This document shows, piece after piece, positions 19,799-30,099 of a stretch of 64,000 bases of DNA. Origin of the DNA: an uncultured delta proteobacterium (lineage in GTDB: Bacteria > Myxococcota_A > Polyangia > Fen-1088). Below the pieces are notes generated by a model, which was not told the origin of the DNA, made no database searches, and saw only the letters and a program-made list of their open reading frames with translations. How positions within the stretch are numbered: position 1 is the first letter of the stretch; every line of letters begins with the position of its first letter. The stretch is from positions 288,001 through 352,000 of the forward strand of contig CAVTRY010000011.1 of assembly GCA_963737265.1 (NCBI GenBank), in the 5' to 3' direction. The translations under genes and the position numbers were made by a program.

Positions 19799-21175
19799 TC
19801 AGAACGAGTAGACGCGCACGTAGTCGAGCACCAGATCCATGGGGAAGGCGGCGTTGTCGATGGTGCCGCCCTGGGTGCCGCCGAGGGCGAGGCTCAAGAC
19901 GAGGTACTCGGGGATCCGGTAGAAGGGCGAGGTGGTGTTGAAGGTGCTGCGGGCAAATTCATTTCCGTCGAACTGGAAGGACAGGTGGTCGGGGTACCAA
20001 TCCACCGAGTAGACGTGAAACGTGCTGCTGGGCTCGTCGGTGGGCGAGAAGGCGTACGTGACGTAGCCGATGTCGCCCGACGCACCGCCGGCCTGCGCTC
20101 CGGCATCGAACGACGTCTTGTCCTGCCCCTGCTCCATGATCGATATCTCGCCGCACTGGGGCCAGCTGCCGACGGTTCCCAAGAGGACGATGCCCGGAAA
20201 CGAACCCGCGCCCGCGGGGAGGATGGCGCGGATCTCGAAGCGGCCAGACTGGAAGTTGGCCTTGCCGCTGGTTTCCAGCCGCCCCGATGTGTAGTCGCGC
20301 AGGGCGCGCAGGGTGAGGTGACCCTGCCCGTCCTGAAAGACGTTCGCCGTGCGGGTCGTGTATTTCTCTTGGTCCCCATTCGCGTTTCCTTGCGGTGACG
20401 TGGAGTAGGTCCATTTCGTGGTGTCCGCACCCGAATTGGCCGGACCGTTGAACTCGTCGGAGAAGACAAGCTTGAGTGTGGCGCCGCCAGTGCTGGGAAC
20501 ACCGCCCGTGGCGCTCGTGGTCGTTCCGCCTGAGCCGGTCGTGCCGCCCGCGCCGGCTGTGCCACCCGCGCTTGATGTGCCACCGAGTCCGCCAGCTCCG
20601 GTCGCAGCTCCGGTGCTAGGTGTACCACCCGCGCTCGTGGCGCCGTCGGCGCCCATCGTGCCGCCGCTTCCAGTCGCTCCGCCGGTTCCAATCGCCCCGC
20701 CGTCGGCCGTCGCTCCGCCCGCCTCCGTATTTCCGCCGCTGTCGGTCGCCCCACCAGCGCCGCTGGTGCCGCCGGAGCTATCGCTCCCGCCGACGCTCGT
20801 CGCACCGCCCGAATCGGCCAAACCGCCGGTGCTCGACGACCTTCCGTCGCCCTCGGTTCCGCCCAAATCCGGCGCCGCCATTCCGCCCGCGCCGAGCGAC
20901 TCGATTCCGCCCGAGGCGATGGCTCCGCCCGCGGCCGGCGCATCTGGTGCAGCGGAGGTTTGACCGCCACCCTGGGCGCTATCCAGCGGCCCGGCGCCGC
21001 CGGCTGCGGGGGCGCCTGGTGCATCCTCCCCGGCGGACGCGCCTAGATTGGCGCTCGGCGCGCCGCCCTCGCTGGCGACGAGGGCAGGGTTGACGGCCAG
21101 GCCCGAGCCTCGTACCTGGCAGTTGGACGACGCGCAGAGCACGATCGCGACAGCAAACAACAGCGATCTCTTCAT
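19799..21175 (-). CDS. GH16 family protein (laminarinase-like) with Gly-rich linker and divergent catalytic motif
   Basis: LVFSDEFNG, YTSGRL, WPQCGEISIME, FHVYSVDW and DYVRVY. Confidence 0.85.
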   Translation of the reverse strand: MKRSLLFAVAIVLCASSNCQVRGSGLAVNPALVASEGGAPSANLGASAGEDAPGAPAAGGAGPLDSAQGGGQTSAAPDAPAAGGAIASGGIESLGAGGMAAPDLGGTEGDGRSSSTGGLADSGGATSVGGSDSSGGTSGAGGATDSGGNTEAGGATADGGAIGTGGATGSGGTMGADGATSAGGTPSTGAATGAGGLGGTSSAGGTAGAGGTTGSGGTTTSATGGVPSTGGATLKLVFSDEFNGPANSGADTTKWTYSTSPQGNANGDQEKYTTRTANVFQDGQGHLTLRALRDYTSGRLETSGKANFQSGRFEIRAILPAGAGSFPGIVLLGTVGSWPQCGEISIMEQGQDKTSFDAGAQAGGASGDIGYVTYAFSPTDEPSSTFHVYSVDWYPDHLSFQFDGNEFARSTFNTTSPFYRIPEYLVLSLALGGTQGGTIDNAAFPMDLVLDYVRVYSF

Positions 21176-21351
21176 GGACTCGACTCCTTGCCCTTACTCG
21201 TAGCCCTGGGCTGCGACAACTTCGTGCATTCATCGAAAGAGGGACATGCACATCCGTGTGAGCATCGGCGATTTTTGGTGGCCTTGGCAAGAAACTATGG
21301 TCACGCAGTGTGCTGGCGGCTGGCAGGTGAGACGTGGTCTACGTACTTGAT

Positions 21352-22326
21352 TTACGTGTCAATGGAACGCATGTCGGCGTAGCGCTGGCCGACCGCCTGA
21401 CCAGCCTGATCGAGCATGTGCAGGTCGTCGGGCGACAATTCCACGCGCGTGGCCGCGGCATTTTGCTCGAGGTACGTGCGCCGTTTGGTGCCGGGAATGG
21501 GAACTACGTCCTCGCCGCGACCAAGCACCCACGCCAGCGCCACCTGCGCGGCCGTCGCACCTCGTCGGGCCGCGACTTGCGCCACGACGTCGGCGACGGC
21601 CAGGTTCTGGGCGAGGTTTTCGCCCTGAAAACGGGGGAAACGCTGCACGCGCGAGTCGCCGGGCCCAAGATCCTCGGGCTTGCGAATAGTGCCGGTCAAG
21701 ATGCCGCGGCCGAGCGGGCTGTAGGGCACGAGGCCGATGCCGAGCTCGCGTAGGGTGGGCAGGATCTCCGTTTCCACATGGCGCTCGAAAATCGAAAACT
21801 CGGTCTGCAGCGCGCTCACGGGATGGACCTTGTGCGCGCGTCGGATGGTGGCCGGCGCGGCCTCGGACAGGCCGAGGTAAAGCACCTTGCCCGCCGTCAC
21901 CAAGTCGCCCATGGCGCCCACGGTTTCCTCGATGGGCACGTCCTTGTCCACGCGGTGCTGGTAGTAGAGGTCGATGTGGTCGACGCCGAGGCGAGTGAGC
22001 GAGTCGTCGCACGCCTTTCTCACGTAGTCGGGGCGGCCGTTGATGCGGATCCAGGTGCCGTCCTCGCGTCGTTCGTTGCCGAACTTGGTGGCGATGACGA
22101 CGTGCTTGCGCCGGCCCGCGAGCGCGCGCCCGACCAGGCGCTCGTTGGTGAAGGGGCCGTACATGTCGGCGGTGTCGAAGAAGTCGATGCCCAGCTCGAC
22201 CGCGCGTTGGATGGTCGCGATGGCCTCGGCGTCGTCGCGCGGGCCATAGAATTCGCTCATGCCCATGCAGCCCAGGCCGAGCGCCGAGACTTGCAGACCC
22301 TGTGTTCCTAGTTTGCGTTTTTTCAT
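21352..22326 (-). CDS. Aldo/keto reductase
   Basis: [38 protein letters not shown] and PIPGTK. Confidence 0.93.
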   Translation of the reverse strand: MKKRKLGTQGLQVSALGLGCMGMSEFYGPRDDAEAIATIQRAVELGIDFFDTADMYGPFTNERLVGRALAGRRKHVVIATKFGNERREDGTWIRINGRPDYVRKACDDSLTRLGVDHIDLYYQHRVDKDVPIEETVGAMGDLVTAGKVLYLGLSEAAPATIRRAHKVHPVSALQTEFSIFERHVETEILPTLRELGIGLVPYSPLGRGILTGTIRKPEDLGPGDSRVQRFPRFQGENLAQNLAVADVVAQVAARRGATAAQVALAWVLGRGEDVVPIPGTKRRTYLEQNAAATRVELSPDDLHMLDQAGQAVGQRYADMRSIDT

Positions 22327-22390
22327 GGCGAGAAGGATAGCGCCGCCAGCGGCGAGAGTCAGGCCGCAAGCCTGGTGGGTTGCGGATTCG

Positions 22391-23248
22391 CTACCAGCGC
22401 GTGTCCGACTGTGGCTCGGCAATCACCTCGCGGAAGGTGCGGCTGCGCGGCCTGGCCTGCCTGACCACCTCCTGTTCGACGTATTTTTCGGTTTCGGCGT
22501 CGGCCTTGGCGCGCATGACCCGCGTGGCTGCTTCGGCTTCCTCGCGCAGTTGGTCAAGCTCCACCTGTTTTTTGGCAAGCTCGATCTCCTGTAGCTTCTC
22601 GCGCTGGGTGGCCTCGGCCTTCAGGCGCTCGTGCTCGGCCTGCTCCGCAGCCTCGATCTTTCGGCGCGTGGCCTCGCTGTCGAGCAAGGCCTTTTGTCGA
22701 ACGGCGTCCTGCTCGGCCGCCAGCCTGGCGCGCACGGCGGTGATGATCTCGTCGTCGTATTTCACCGCCTCCAGGGTGACCAGGGCGATTTCCAGATGGG
22801 AGCCGGCGATGCGGCGGCGCAGGTCGCGGAGCACCTCGTCTTCGACTTGCTCGTTTCGCTTCATCACATCGAGATAGCTGTAGCGGGCAAAGACCCCGCG
22901 CGTGGCGCTGCGGAAGGCGGGTCCGATGACCTTGTCGTAGAAGCCGGTCCCGATTTCGGTGTCGAGCTCGTAGAGCTCGCTGCGTATCGGGCGGTAGATC
23001 ACGGCGATCTTGAGATCGAGTTGTAGGCCCTCGGCGGACGTGGTGCGAATATCCTCGGCGCGGGTGGAGTAGGTGACGTCGAAATCCTCTATGCGGCCCG
23101 TAAGTCCGACATAGTGAACTCCGGGCCCGACGGGTTGGCGTTGCAGTGTGCCGTGAGAGCCGTCGAAGTAGATACCGAGGTGACCGGGTTGCACGGTCGT
23201 GGAGCACGCCGACAGCAGCAAGCAAAGAATCGGCCCGAGAGCACGCAT
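22391..23248 (-). CDS. SPFH/band 7/prohibitin family lipoprotein
   Basis: AAGGAG RBS; lipobox LSAC; VQPGH.GI and PGVH; C-terminal coiled coil. Confidence 0.82.
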   Translation of the reverse strand: MRALGPILCLLLSACSTTVQPGHLGIYFDGSHGTLQRQPVGPGVHYVGLTGRIEDFDVTYSTRAEDIRTTSAEGLQLDLKIAVIYRPIRSELYELDTEIGTGFYDKVIGPAFRSATRGVFARYSYLDVMKRNEQVEDEVLRDLRRRIAGSHLEIALVTLEAVKYDDEIITAVRARLAAEQDAVRQKALLDSEATRRKIEAAEQAEHERLKAEATQREKLQEIELAKKQVELDQLREEAEAATRVMRAKADAETEKYVEQEVVRQARPRSRTFREVIAEPQSDTRW

Positions 23249-23511
23249 GAAGATCTCCTTTAGGTTAGCGACCATGGAGCGGTCATGATGCGCCCAATGA
23301 TAGCCGGAAAGGGGGACGATTCGCAGCGCGAGGGGCATCTTTTTCAAGCGGGCACGTTTCCCGCCTTGGTTCGAGCTCGCGAGCCCTGTGCGCAACATCC
23401 TGTCGTTTGGCGGCTCAAATCGCTAGTATCCCCACCGCAGGCCGTCCCGTCTTGTTTCGGACTGAACCGAGCGGACAGGCTGGCGACTCATAGTCTTGTG
23501 GAGATGGAGCC

Positions 23512-24535
23512 ATGAATTCAATGATCAACCTTGCCACCTCTTGTGCGCATCCGCGCGCGCTGCGGTCCGCGTGCTACGTTCTTGCCCTGCTGAGCTCGAT
23601 CGGCTGCGGGGCACGCAGCAGCCTGCTCACATCGTCACTGGAGGGCGGCGACAACGGAGGCGAAGGCGATGCTACCGGTGGCTTTCAAGCCGCGGGTGGC
23701 AGCTTCGTCGCAAGCACCGGCGGCCATTTTGGCGCCGGCGGTGCGAGCGGAAGCGTGGCGACCGGGGGCTACCATGTTTCGGGCGGAAGCCCGAGCGTGA
23801 GCGGCGGAAGCGTGATGACCGGGGGCTACCCTGTTTTGGGCGGCAGCCCGAGCAAGGGCGGCGCGACGGCGATCGCGAATGGCGGGCGCATTTCGAGCGG
23901 AGGTACGCCGCTGGCGAAAGGTGGTGCAGGAGCCGGCGGAGCGATTGCCTTCGGCGGCAGCGCGCACACAGGTGGCAGCCCGGCAACGGGCGGCACAGCG
24001 GCAGTGGGGACGCCGACGGTCCAACCCGACGGTTACGTGACCCTTCGTACCGGCACGGCGGTCATGCAGGGACACGTTTCCTCGTACGAGAGCGGCTCGG
24101 GATCGTCGATTACCCTGACTTACACGTTCGAGCTCCTTCTGCGCATCAGGCACGGTGCCGGCCGATAGCACCTACAGCTCCTGGGCCGGGGCGGGTTTCA
24201 ACATCAACCAGGCCGAATCAGGCGCCAGCGGGTCTTCGGGCTCTTTGGCGCTTATGGGTAGCTCGATTTCGGTGACCTATGTGAATCGGGATGCCTCGCC
24301 CCTCGAATTGCAGTTGTACGACGGAAGCAACTACTGGTGTGCCTATCTGCCGGCATCGGCCAGCTCGACAACGACTACGATTCCATTTTCCCAGCTCAAC
24401 ACGCAGTGCTGGGACGGTCTCGGCAGCACGTTCGTGTCGGGTACACCAATCACGACGGTTCAACTGGTGGTCGCATGCAATGCCTTCACCCCCACGCTAT
24501 TCGATTTCTGCTTCCAGGGCATGACGGTCCAGTAG
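23512..24535 (+). CDS. Gly-rich lipoprotein with C-terminal carbohydrate-binding-like beta-sandwich; +1 frameshift at ~24127
   Basis: ORFs 23512-24168 and 24155-24535 join into 340 aa if one T is removed from GTTCGAGC (24126-24133), giving ...YTSSSFCASG... Confidence 0.7.
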
Positions 24536-24547
24536 GAGCAGCGCGGG

Positions 24548-26047
24548 CTATCGCATGCGGCGTTGTAGCTCGACAGGATCGCGGGCCGCGGCCAGCGCGA
24601 CGGCTTGGCTGATGCGTCCTCCACGCACGAGGTTGAGCAGCGAGGTGTTGAGCGCAACCATGCCGTCGTCGCGGCCGGTCTGGATCTGGGTGGCCAACTG
24701 GTGCGTCTTGCCCTCGCGAATGAGGGCGCCGACCGCGTAGTTGACGGTGAGCATTTCCAGCGCCGGATAGCGCGTGCCGGGCAGGGCGCCGTTGAGCAAG
24801 CGCTGGGTCACCACGGCGCGCAGCGAACCGGCAAGCTGCAGACAGATTTGCGCCTGCTGGTGTTCGGGGAAGCTGTCCACGATACGGTCGATGGCCATGG
24901 GCGCGCTTCCACTGTGCAGGGTGGAAAGCACCAGGTGGCCAGTCTCAGCGGCGGTCAGGGCAAGGGAAATCGTCTCGCGGTCGCGCATCTCACCGACCAA
25001 GATAATGTTCGGGCATTCGCGCAAAGCCGCGCGCAGACCGGCGGCAAAACTTTCCACGTGGCTGCCGATCTCGCGCTGATGGATGAGGCAGCGGCGCGGC
25101 TGGTACACGAGCTCGATGGGATCTTCGAGGGTGATGACGTGGCGGGCGCGGGTTCGGTTCACCGACTCCACGATGGCGGCCAACGTGGTGGACTTGCCCG
25201 AGCCCGCGGTGCCCACGACCAGCACCATGCCGCCCGCCAGATCGCCCAAGGCGCCGACGCTGTCGGGCAGGTTCAGCTCGGCGAGCGTGGGGGCGTGGCG
25301 TTTCACCGGCCGCAACGCCATGGCCAACCCATGCGCCTGTCTGAACACGTTGACTCGCAGGCGGCGCGGGCCTTCCGCATCGACCGCGGGCGCCTCCCAC
25401 GCCAGATCCACACTGCCGGCCACATCGAGATGCCGGCGGCGCGCCGGATCGAGCAACGAATCGACGAGATCCAGGATTTCCTGCTGGTCGATAGGCTGTC
25501 CGGATGGCGCGAGACTGTTGGCCGCCCGGATCCAGAGCGGCTGCCCTGCCGACACGATGATGTCCGATACGGTGGCGTCGATAGCGTGCGCTATCGCGAT
25601 CGCAAGATGGGCGGGCGCGGCCACACGAGTGGCAGCTGGCGGTGCCGTGGACGGTGCCGGCGAAGGCGCGACACTGTGAACGGGAACTTCCACCGCGGCA
25701 GGGCTTGCGCTAGTGGGAGGCGTTGCCGCCGGCGTTGCCACAACCGCCCCTGAGCGGCGTAGCTTGAGCGACAGCTTGTCACCGTTCAGGCGCGCTTCCA
25801 CGGCGAAGGCACCATGGCGCTGGGATCGATAGACGGCGTCGCACGCGCCCGTGGCGCGCAGCTGTTCGAGCTCGCTTGGCGCCAGTGCCTCGGCCGCGAA
25901 GGTATCGAGTATTTCCGCGCTGAGCGGTGGCATGGTCAGGCCGCGCCCCTGGGCCGCGGTCAGCACCGGCGGCTCGCGCGTCCGGAGCACGAGCCCGCTC
26001 GCCTTCTGCGCATCGATGAGCGACAGCAGAGAATCAATGGCTGCCAT
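24548..26047 (-). CDS. PilT/PilU family ATPase with tandem N-terminal domains
   Basis: Start MAAIDSLL at 26047; GTAGSGKST, TLEDPIE, HQREIG, ALRECP, GEMRD, AETGHLVLSTLH and AVGALIRE. The 1248-aa track ORF is an artefactual fusion. Confidence 0.9.
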   Translation of the reverse strand: MAAIDSLLSLIDAQKASGLVLRTREPPVLTAAQGRGLTMPPLSAEILDTFAAEALAPSELEQLRATGACDAVYRSQRHGAFAVEARLNGDKLSLKLRRSGAVVATPAATPPTSASPAAVEVPVHSVAPSPAPSTAPPAATRVAAPAHLAIAIAHAIDATVSDIIVSAGQPLWIRAANSLAPSGQPIDQQEILDLVDSLLDPARRRHLDVAGSVDLAWEAPAVDAEGPRRLRVNVFRQAHGLAMALRPVKRHAPTLAELNLPDSVGALGDLAGGMVLVVGTAGSGKSTTLAAIVESVNRTRARHVITLEDPIELVYQPRRCLIHQREIGSHVESFAAGLRAALRECPNIILVGEMRDRETISLALTAAETGHLVLSTLHSGSAPMAIDRIVDSFPEHQQAQICLQLAGSLRAVVTQRLLNGALPGTRYPALEMLTVNYAVGALIREGKTHQLATQIQTGRDDGMVALNTSLLNLVRGGRISQAVALAAARDPVELQRRMR

Positions 26048-26106
26048 GCCTTGGGACCTAGCAAGTCCTGCGCCGGTAGGCAATGCTCGGCTGCCCGCCC
26101 ATCTGG

Positions 26107-28210
26107 CTAGCGGGCCGCGGTTATTGGCGCGGTGCGGGCGTCGGACTCGAGACCGACGCGGATGGGCAGCACCGACATGGGCAATCCCTTCCAGTGCAGG
26201 CGCCGTTCGATTTGGTAGGCGGTTTCGTTGTGAAGAATCCGCTGCCACCAGGTTTCGCGCTTCCAGATCAGCTTGCCGGCGAAGAAGGCCGAACGAGGAT
26301 ATTCGGCGGCCAGAGCCGTGCATTGCGCGGTCGCCTCCTTGACTGCGTCGAGAGCGGAACCCATGCGCGACGAAGCGTGCCATCCGAGGCCGCGCGCCAG
26401 CTTGACGTACTTGTCGAGAGATTCTCGGGTGCGCGCCTCCAGGCGCTCGATTTCCTCGCTGCCCTTGAAGGTCCCGGAATCCAAGACCGCCACGGACACG
26501 AAGATGACGTTCTTGAAGTAGCCTGCGTAACTGCGCTGGATGGAGAGGAGCGAGTGGATACCGATGCCGCCAAAGCCGCCCACCATGAGCACGGCGGTCG
26601 GTTCGCGTGGGTCGGGTTCGCCGCCCAGGCCCTCCATCAAGCCGAGGTCGCCGAGCTCTTGATCGAGCCGGCGCAATTGCTGCGCCACATGCCGGTAGTG
26701 CAGCTCGATGCACAGGCAGAGCACCACGATGGCGGCGGTGACCAGCAGTGTGACCCACGCGCCTTGCGAGAACTTCTGCACCACGGTGAACGCGAGAATC
26801 CCGGCGCACAGAACCAGCGCCACGGTGTGCAGGAGAAGACTGTCGCTTCCAATGCTCGGCGCGGTGGCTGCGCTGCCACCAGAAGCGACACATGCCGATT
26901 TGCGAGAGCGAGAAGGTCACGAACACGTTGATGGCGTACATCACGACGAGAATGTCGAGGCTGCCATGGGTGGCGATGAGCAAGACCAGCGCGGCTCCAC
27001 CGAGAATGATGATGCCATTGGCGGTGGTCAGGCGGTCCGACAGCGACGCGAATCGGTGCGGTAGCCAGGAATCCACGGCCATGTTCGACATCACGCGCGG
27101 GCCGTCGATGAAGCCGGTCTGCGCGGCCACGAACAGCAATGCGCCCTCCGACGCCAGGACCAGAAGAACGAAGATCTTTCCCATAGGCAGACCGAGCAAG
27201 CGCCAGTTGCCGGCAAAGGCTTCGACTAGCACGCCGTTGAGGGTTTTTCCTTCCGCGGGCTCGACGTTGAAAAGCAGGTAGCAGAGCAAGATGCCGGCCG
27301 AGGTAATCGCCAGCGACAGGGCCATGTAGACCATGGTCTTCTTGCCGGTATGCACGCGCGGCTCGCGCATGATTTGCAGGCCGTTCGAGACCGCCTCGAT
27401 GCCGGTGTAGGTACCGCTGCCGCGGGCGAACGCCGCCGTGAACACCATGAACAGGCCCCACAGACCGAGCGTCGACACGCCCTGGTGGACACCGGTAGTG
27501 ACCTCGCCGGCCAGGACGCCGAAGCGGGTGAAGTGCGACACGAGGCCGCCGATAATGAGAATCGCGTGGGTGACCAAGAAGACGAGAAACACCGGAAGCA
27601 GGGTCGTGACGGATTCCTTGATCCCGCGCAGGTTCAGCAAGATGAGGGCCAGAATCGCCACGACCTCGACCATCAGTTTGAACTGGTGCCAGCCCAGGGG
27701 AAGCATGTTGAACACGGCATCCGCGCCCGACGCGACGGACACCGAAATCGTCAGCACGTAGTCGACCAACAGGGCGCTGCCCGAGACTACGCCGGCGTGC
27801 CGGCCAATCAGCTTGGTGGCCACCACATAGCCGCCACCGCCCGAGGGAAAATGCTCGATGATCTTGCTGTAGGAAATCGACAGGATCATGACCGTGAGCG
27901 CGGTAGCGAGCGCCAGGAACACCGCCAGGAAGGTGTAGTTGCCGTGTTCGCGCAATGCGCGGAAACACTCGTCAGGGCCGTAAGCCGACGATGAAAGTCC
28001 GTCCGCGCCAAGCCCCACCCAAGCGAGAAAGGCAATGAGGGAGATGTTGTGAAAAATCCCAGGGTCGCGGAAGTTCTTCGGGCGCCCCTGCAGGACGTTC
28101 CACACGCGCTCGTAGAATGTCGGGACCTCTAAGGAAAGCGCGGCGCTACTGTCATCCTCCGCGGGGCTGGCGCCAGCTTCGGATGAAGCAGTGCTATCTT
28201 CATGGGACAT
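26107..28210 (-). CDS. APC family permease, KimA/YdaO-like (putative K+ or amino-acid transporter); +1 frameshift at ~26840
   Basis: DGLSSSAYG, GGGGY, DYVLT.SVS, NLRG.KES, TGIEAVSNG, YAINVF.TF and C-terminal LHNETA; ~700 aa when repaired. Confidence 0.85.
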
Positions 28211-28524
28211 TTCACGCTCTCCTGATGCGGCCTTTGACCTCCGTCGGGCCGCTCTGCCTACGAGGTTAGCTGTCGGGCTCGGAGGGAGGAGCACTCCGGC
28301 GCTTGTGCGCTACGCCCCCAAGATTAGGTGGGTCCCCCGTTCGGGCGTGGTCGCCGATTCGGCATGGACGGGCGATCTACGACCGCGGATCGCAAATGTC
28401 AAGCTGGCTGCATCCCGTGATCCTCCCGCTAAAGACACTTGGGCGCTTCACTTCTTCCACATTCTGGTAGGCTGGGCGCCGCGGAAACCCAAAGAAGCCC
28501 TCGCAGGGTTCATGTCAGGAGAAA

Positions 28525-29037
28525 ATGCCCATGGCTACGGTCACTCTCAGGGGAACCCCAATCACAACCTCGGGAAATCTGCCCGAGGTGGGAAGCAAGG
28601 CGCCGGATTTCAAGCTGGTCGGCGTGGATTTGCAGGACGTCTCGCTCGCCAGTTTCAGAGGCAAGAAGAAGATTCTCAACATCGTGCCCAGCCTAGACAC
28701 GTCGGTGTGCGCGACCTCGGCGCGCAAGTTTAACGATGAGGTCAAGCGCCTTCCCGATTCCGTCGTGCTCATCGTCTCGGCGGATCTGCCCTTCGCGTCC
28801 GAGCGTTTCCAGTCCGCCGAGGGGTTGCGCGATGTCGTTCCGCTGTCGATGATGCGGTCACGGGCCTTTGCGCGGGACTATGGCGTTCTGCTCACCAGCG
28901 GCCCGCTCGCCGGCATCTGCGCCCGCGCCGTGGTCGTGCTCGACGAGAACGACAGGGTCCTTCACACCGAGCTCGTGGCGGAGATCGCGCGCGAGCCGAA
29001 CTACGAACGTGTCTTGGCCGCGGTGCGAGGCCGATAG
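28525..29037 (+). CDS. tpx: Thiol peroxidase (Tpx-class peroxiredoxin)
   Basis: [24 protein letters not shown] and EIAREPNYE; AGGAG RBS. Confidence 0.92.
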   Translation: MPMATVTLRGTPITTSGNLPEVGSKAPDFKLVGVDLQDVSLASFRGKKKILNIVPSLDTSVCATSARKFNDEVKRLPDSVVLIVSADLPFASERFQSAEGLRDVVPLSMMRSRAFARDYGVLLTSGPLAGICARAVVVLDENDRVLHTELVAEIAREPNYERVLAAVRGR

Positions 29038-29092
29038 TCTCGAAACGGGCGCGCGGACACGGAAACGCCAACTTCTGCTATCCTCGCGCGCT

Positions 29093-30076
29093 ATGCGTAC
29101 GTCTTCTTCGCTGAAGGGAATTTGCTGCATCTCGGGATTCACCGTCGCTCTGCTAGCTGGGGCGGCCGGCTGCGGAAGTAATAGCCCGAGTCCTGACGCC
29201 GCTCAGGCTGCCGACGCCGAATCTGCGCAGGACACCCCGGCGGCGTCCCCGCCCTATTGCACCCTCGCGACTCCGTCTACCGCACTCGCCGATATGTCGG
29301 GGACCTGGGTGGTGCGCGCCGAGGGGTCGCAAGTGGTCAACGCGGCGACTATCGGGGCGCTGCAGACCAGGAGCATTTTCTACATTCTGGTTTCCATCGG
29401 CCAAACCGGAACGATCGTTCTCGCCCAGGGAAGCTATTGCGATCGCGCCGAGGTCGACGACACGAAGTCCCCGGTGAAGGTCGTTATTCCGGACGCCTGG
29501 GCGCACACCGAGACGCCGGTCGTGCGGACGGGTTCTTTCCTTCCTGGTTCCGACGGGATTGGCGTTCTCAGCTTCCCCTCCTGGCCGGAAGTTGCAGGTG
29601 CCACGCTAGCCAACCCCGGCACCGATCCACTCCCGACAGATCCAAGCGATCCTCGGGTTGTCGATTCAGACAACGACGGAAACCCCGGCATCACCGTCAG
29701 TTTGACCGGTCTCTTCACGGCAAACCTCTATTCGGTTCAGCGCCAGATCACCTCGTTCCTCGGCATTCCGGTCGCGGCGGATAGGGTGGAAGGGACGCTC
29801 ACCTTTGAATCGGACCAGACCGTTCTCGGCTCAACCAATCCCACCGTCACAGCTCTCTACGCGCAGTCGCTTTCCGGTCCGGATCCGGTCGTCTGCGATA
29901 GTACCTTTGCCATGGTCAGGGTTTCCCATAGTACCATTGGTCTGAGTGCTGGCGTGGACGGCGGCGAAGTCGACGGCGGCAGTCCCGACGACGGAGCGAT
30001 CAATGGCGCCGCGGTCGACGGCGGCGCGATTGGTTGCGATTGGGTGCGCGCGAACGAAGCGGTGCTGTTCCCCTAG
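29093..30076 (+). CDS. Hypothetical lipoprotein with DxDxDG Ca-binding-like loop
   Basis: Lipobox AAGC; DSDNDGNPGIT motif. Confidence 0.7.
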   Translation: MRTSSSLKGICCISGFTVALLAGAAGCGSNSPSPDAAQAADAESAQDTPAASPPYCTLATPSTALADMSGTWVVRAEGSQVVNAATIGALQTRSIFYILVSIGQTGTIVLAQGSYCDRAEVDDTKSPVKVVIPDAWAHTETPVVRTGSFLPGSDGIGVLSFPSWPEVAGATLANPGTDPLPTDPSDPRVVDSDNDGNPGITVSLTGLFTANLYSVQRQITSFLGIPVAADRVEGTLTFESDQTVLGSTNPTVTALYAQSLSGPDPVVCDSTFAMVRVSHSTIGLSAGVDGGEVDGGSPDDGAINGAAVDGGAIGCDWVRANEAVLFP

Positions 30077-30099
30077 CCCGAAGTTCCGTGATTTGAGGC

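Noticed and set aside
24548-28294. Apparent 1248-aa APC permease-PilT fusion
   Set aside because: Artefact of a +1 frameshift at ~26840. The permease C-terminus lies in ORF 26107-26823 and PilT has its own ATG at 26047.
28211-28520. c-di-AMP (ydaO) riboswitch upstream of the KimA-like gene
   Set aside because: The conserved ydaO riboswitch motifs could not be recognised.
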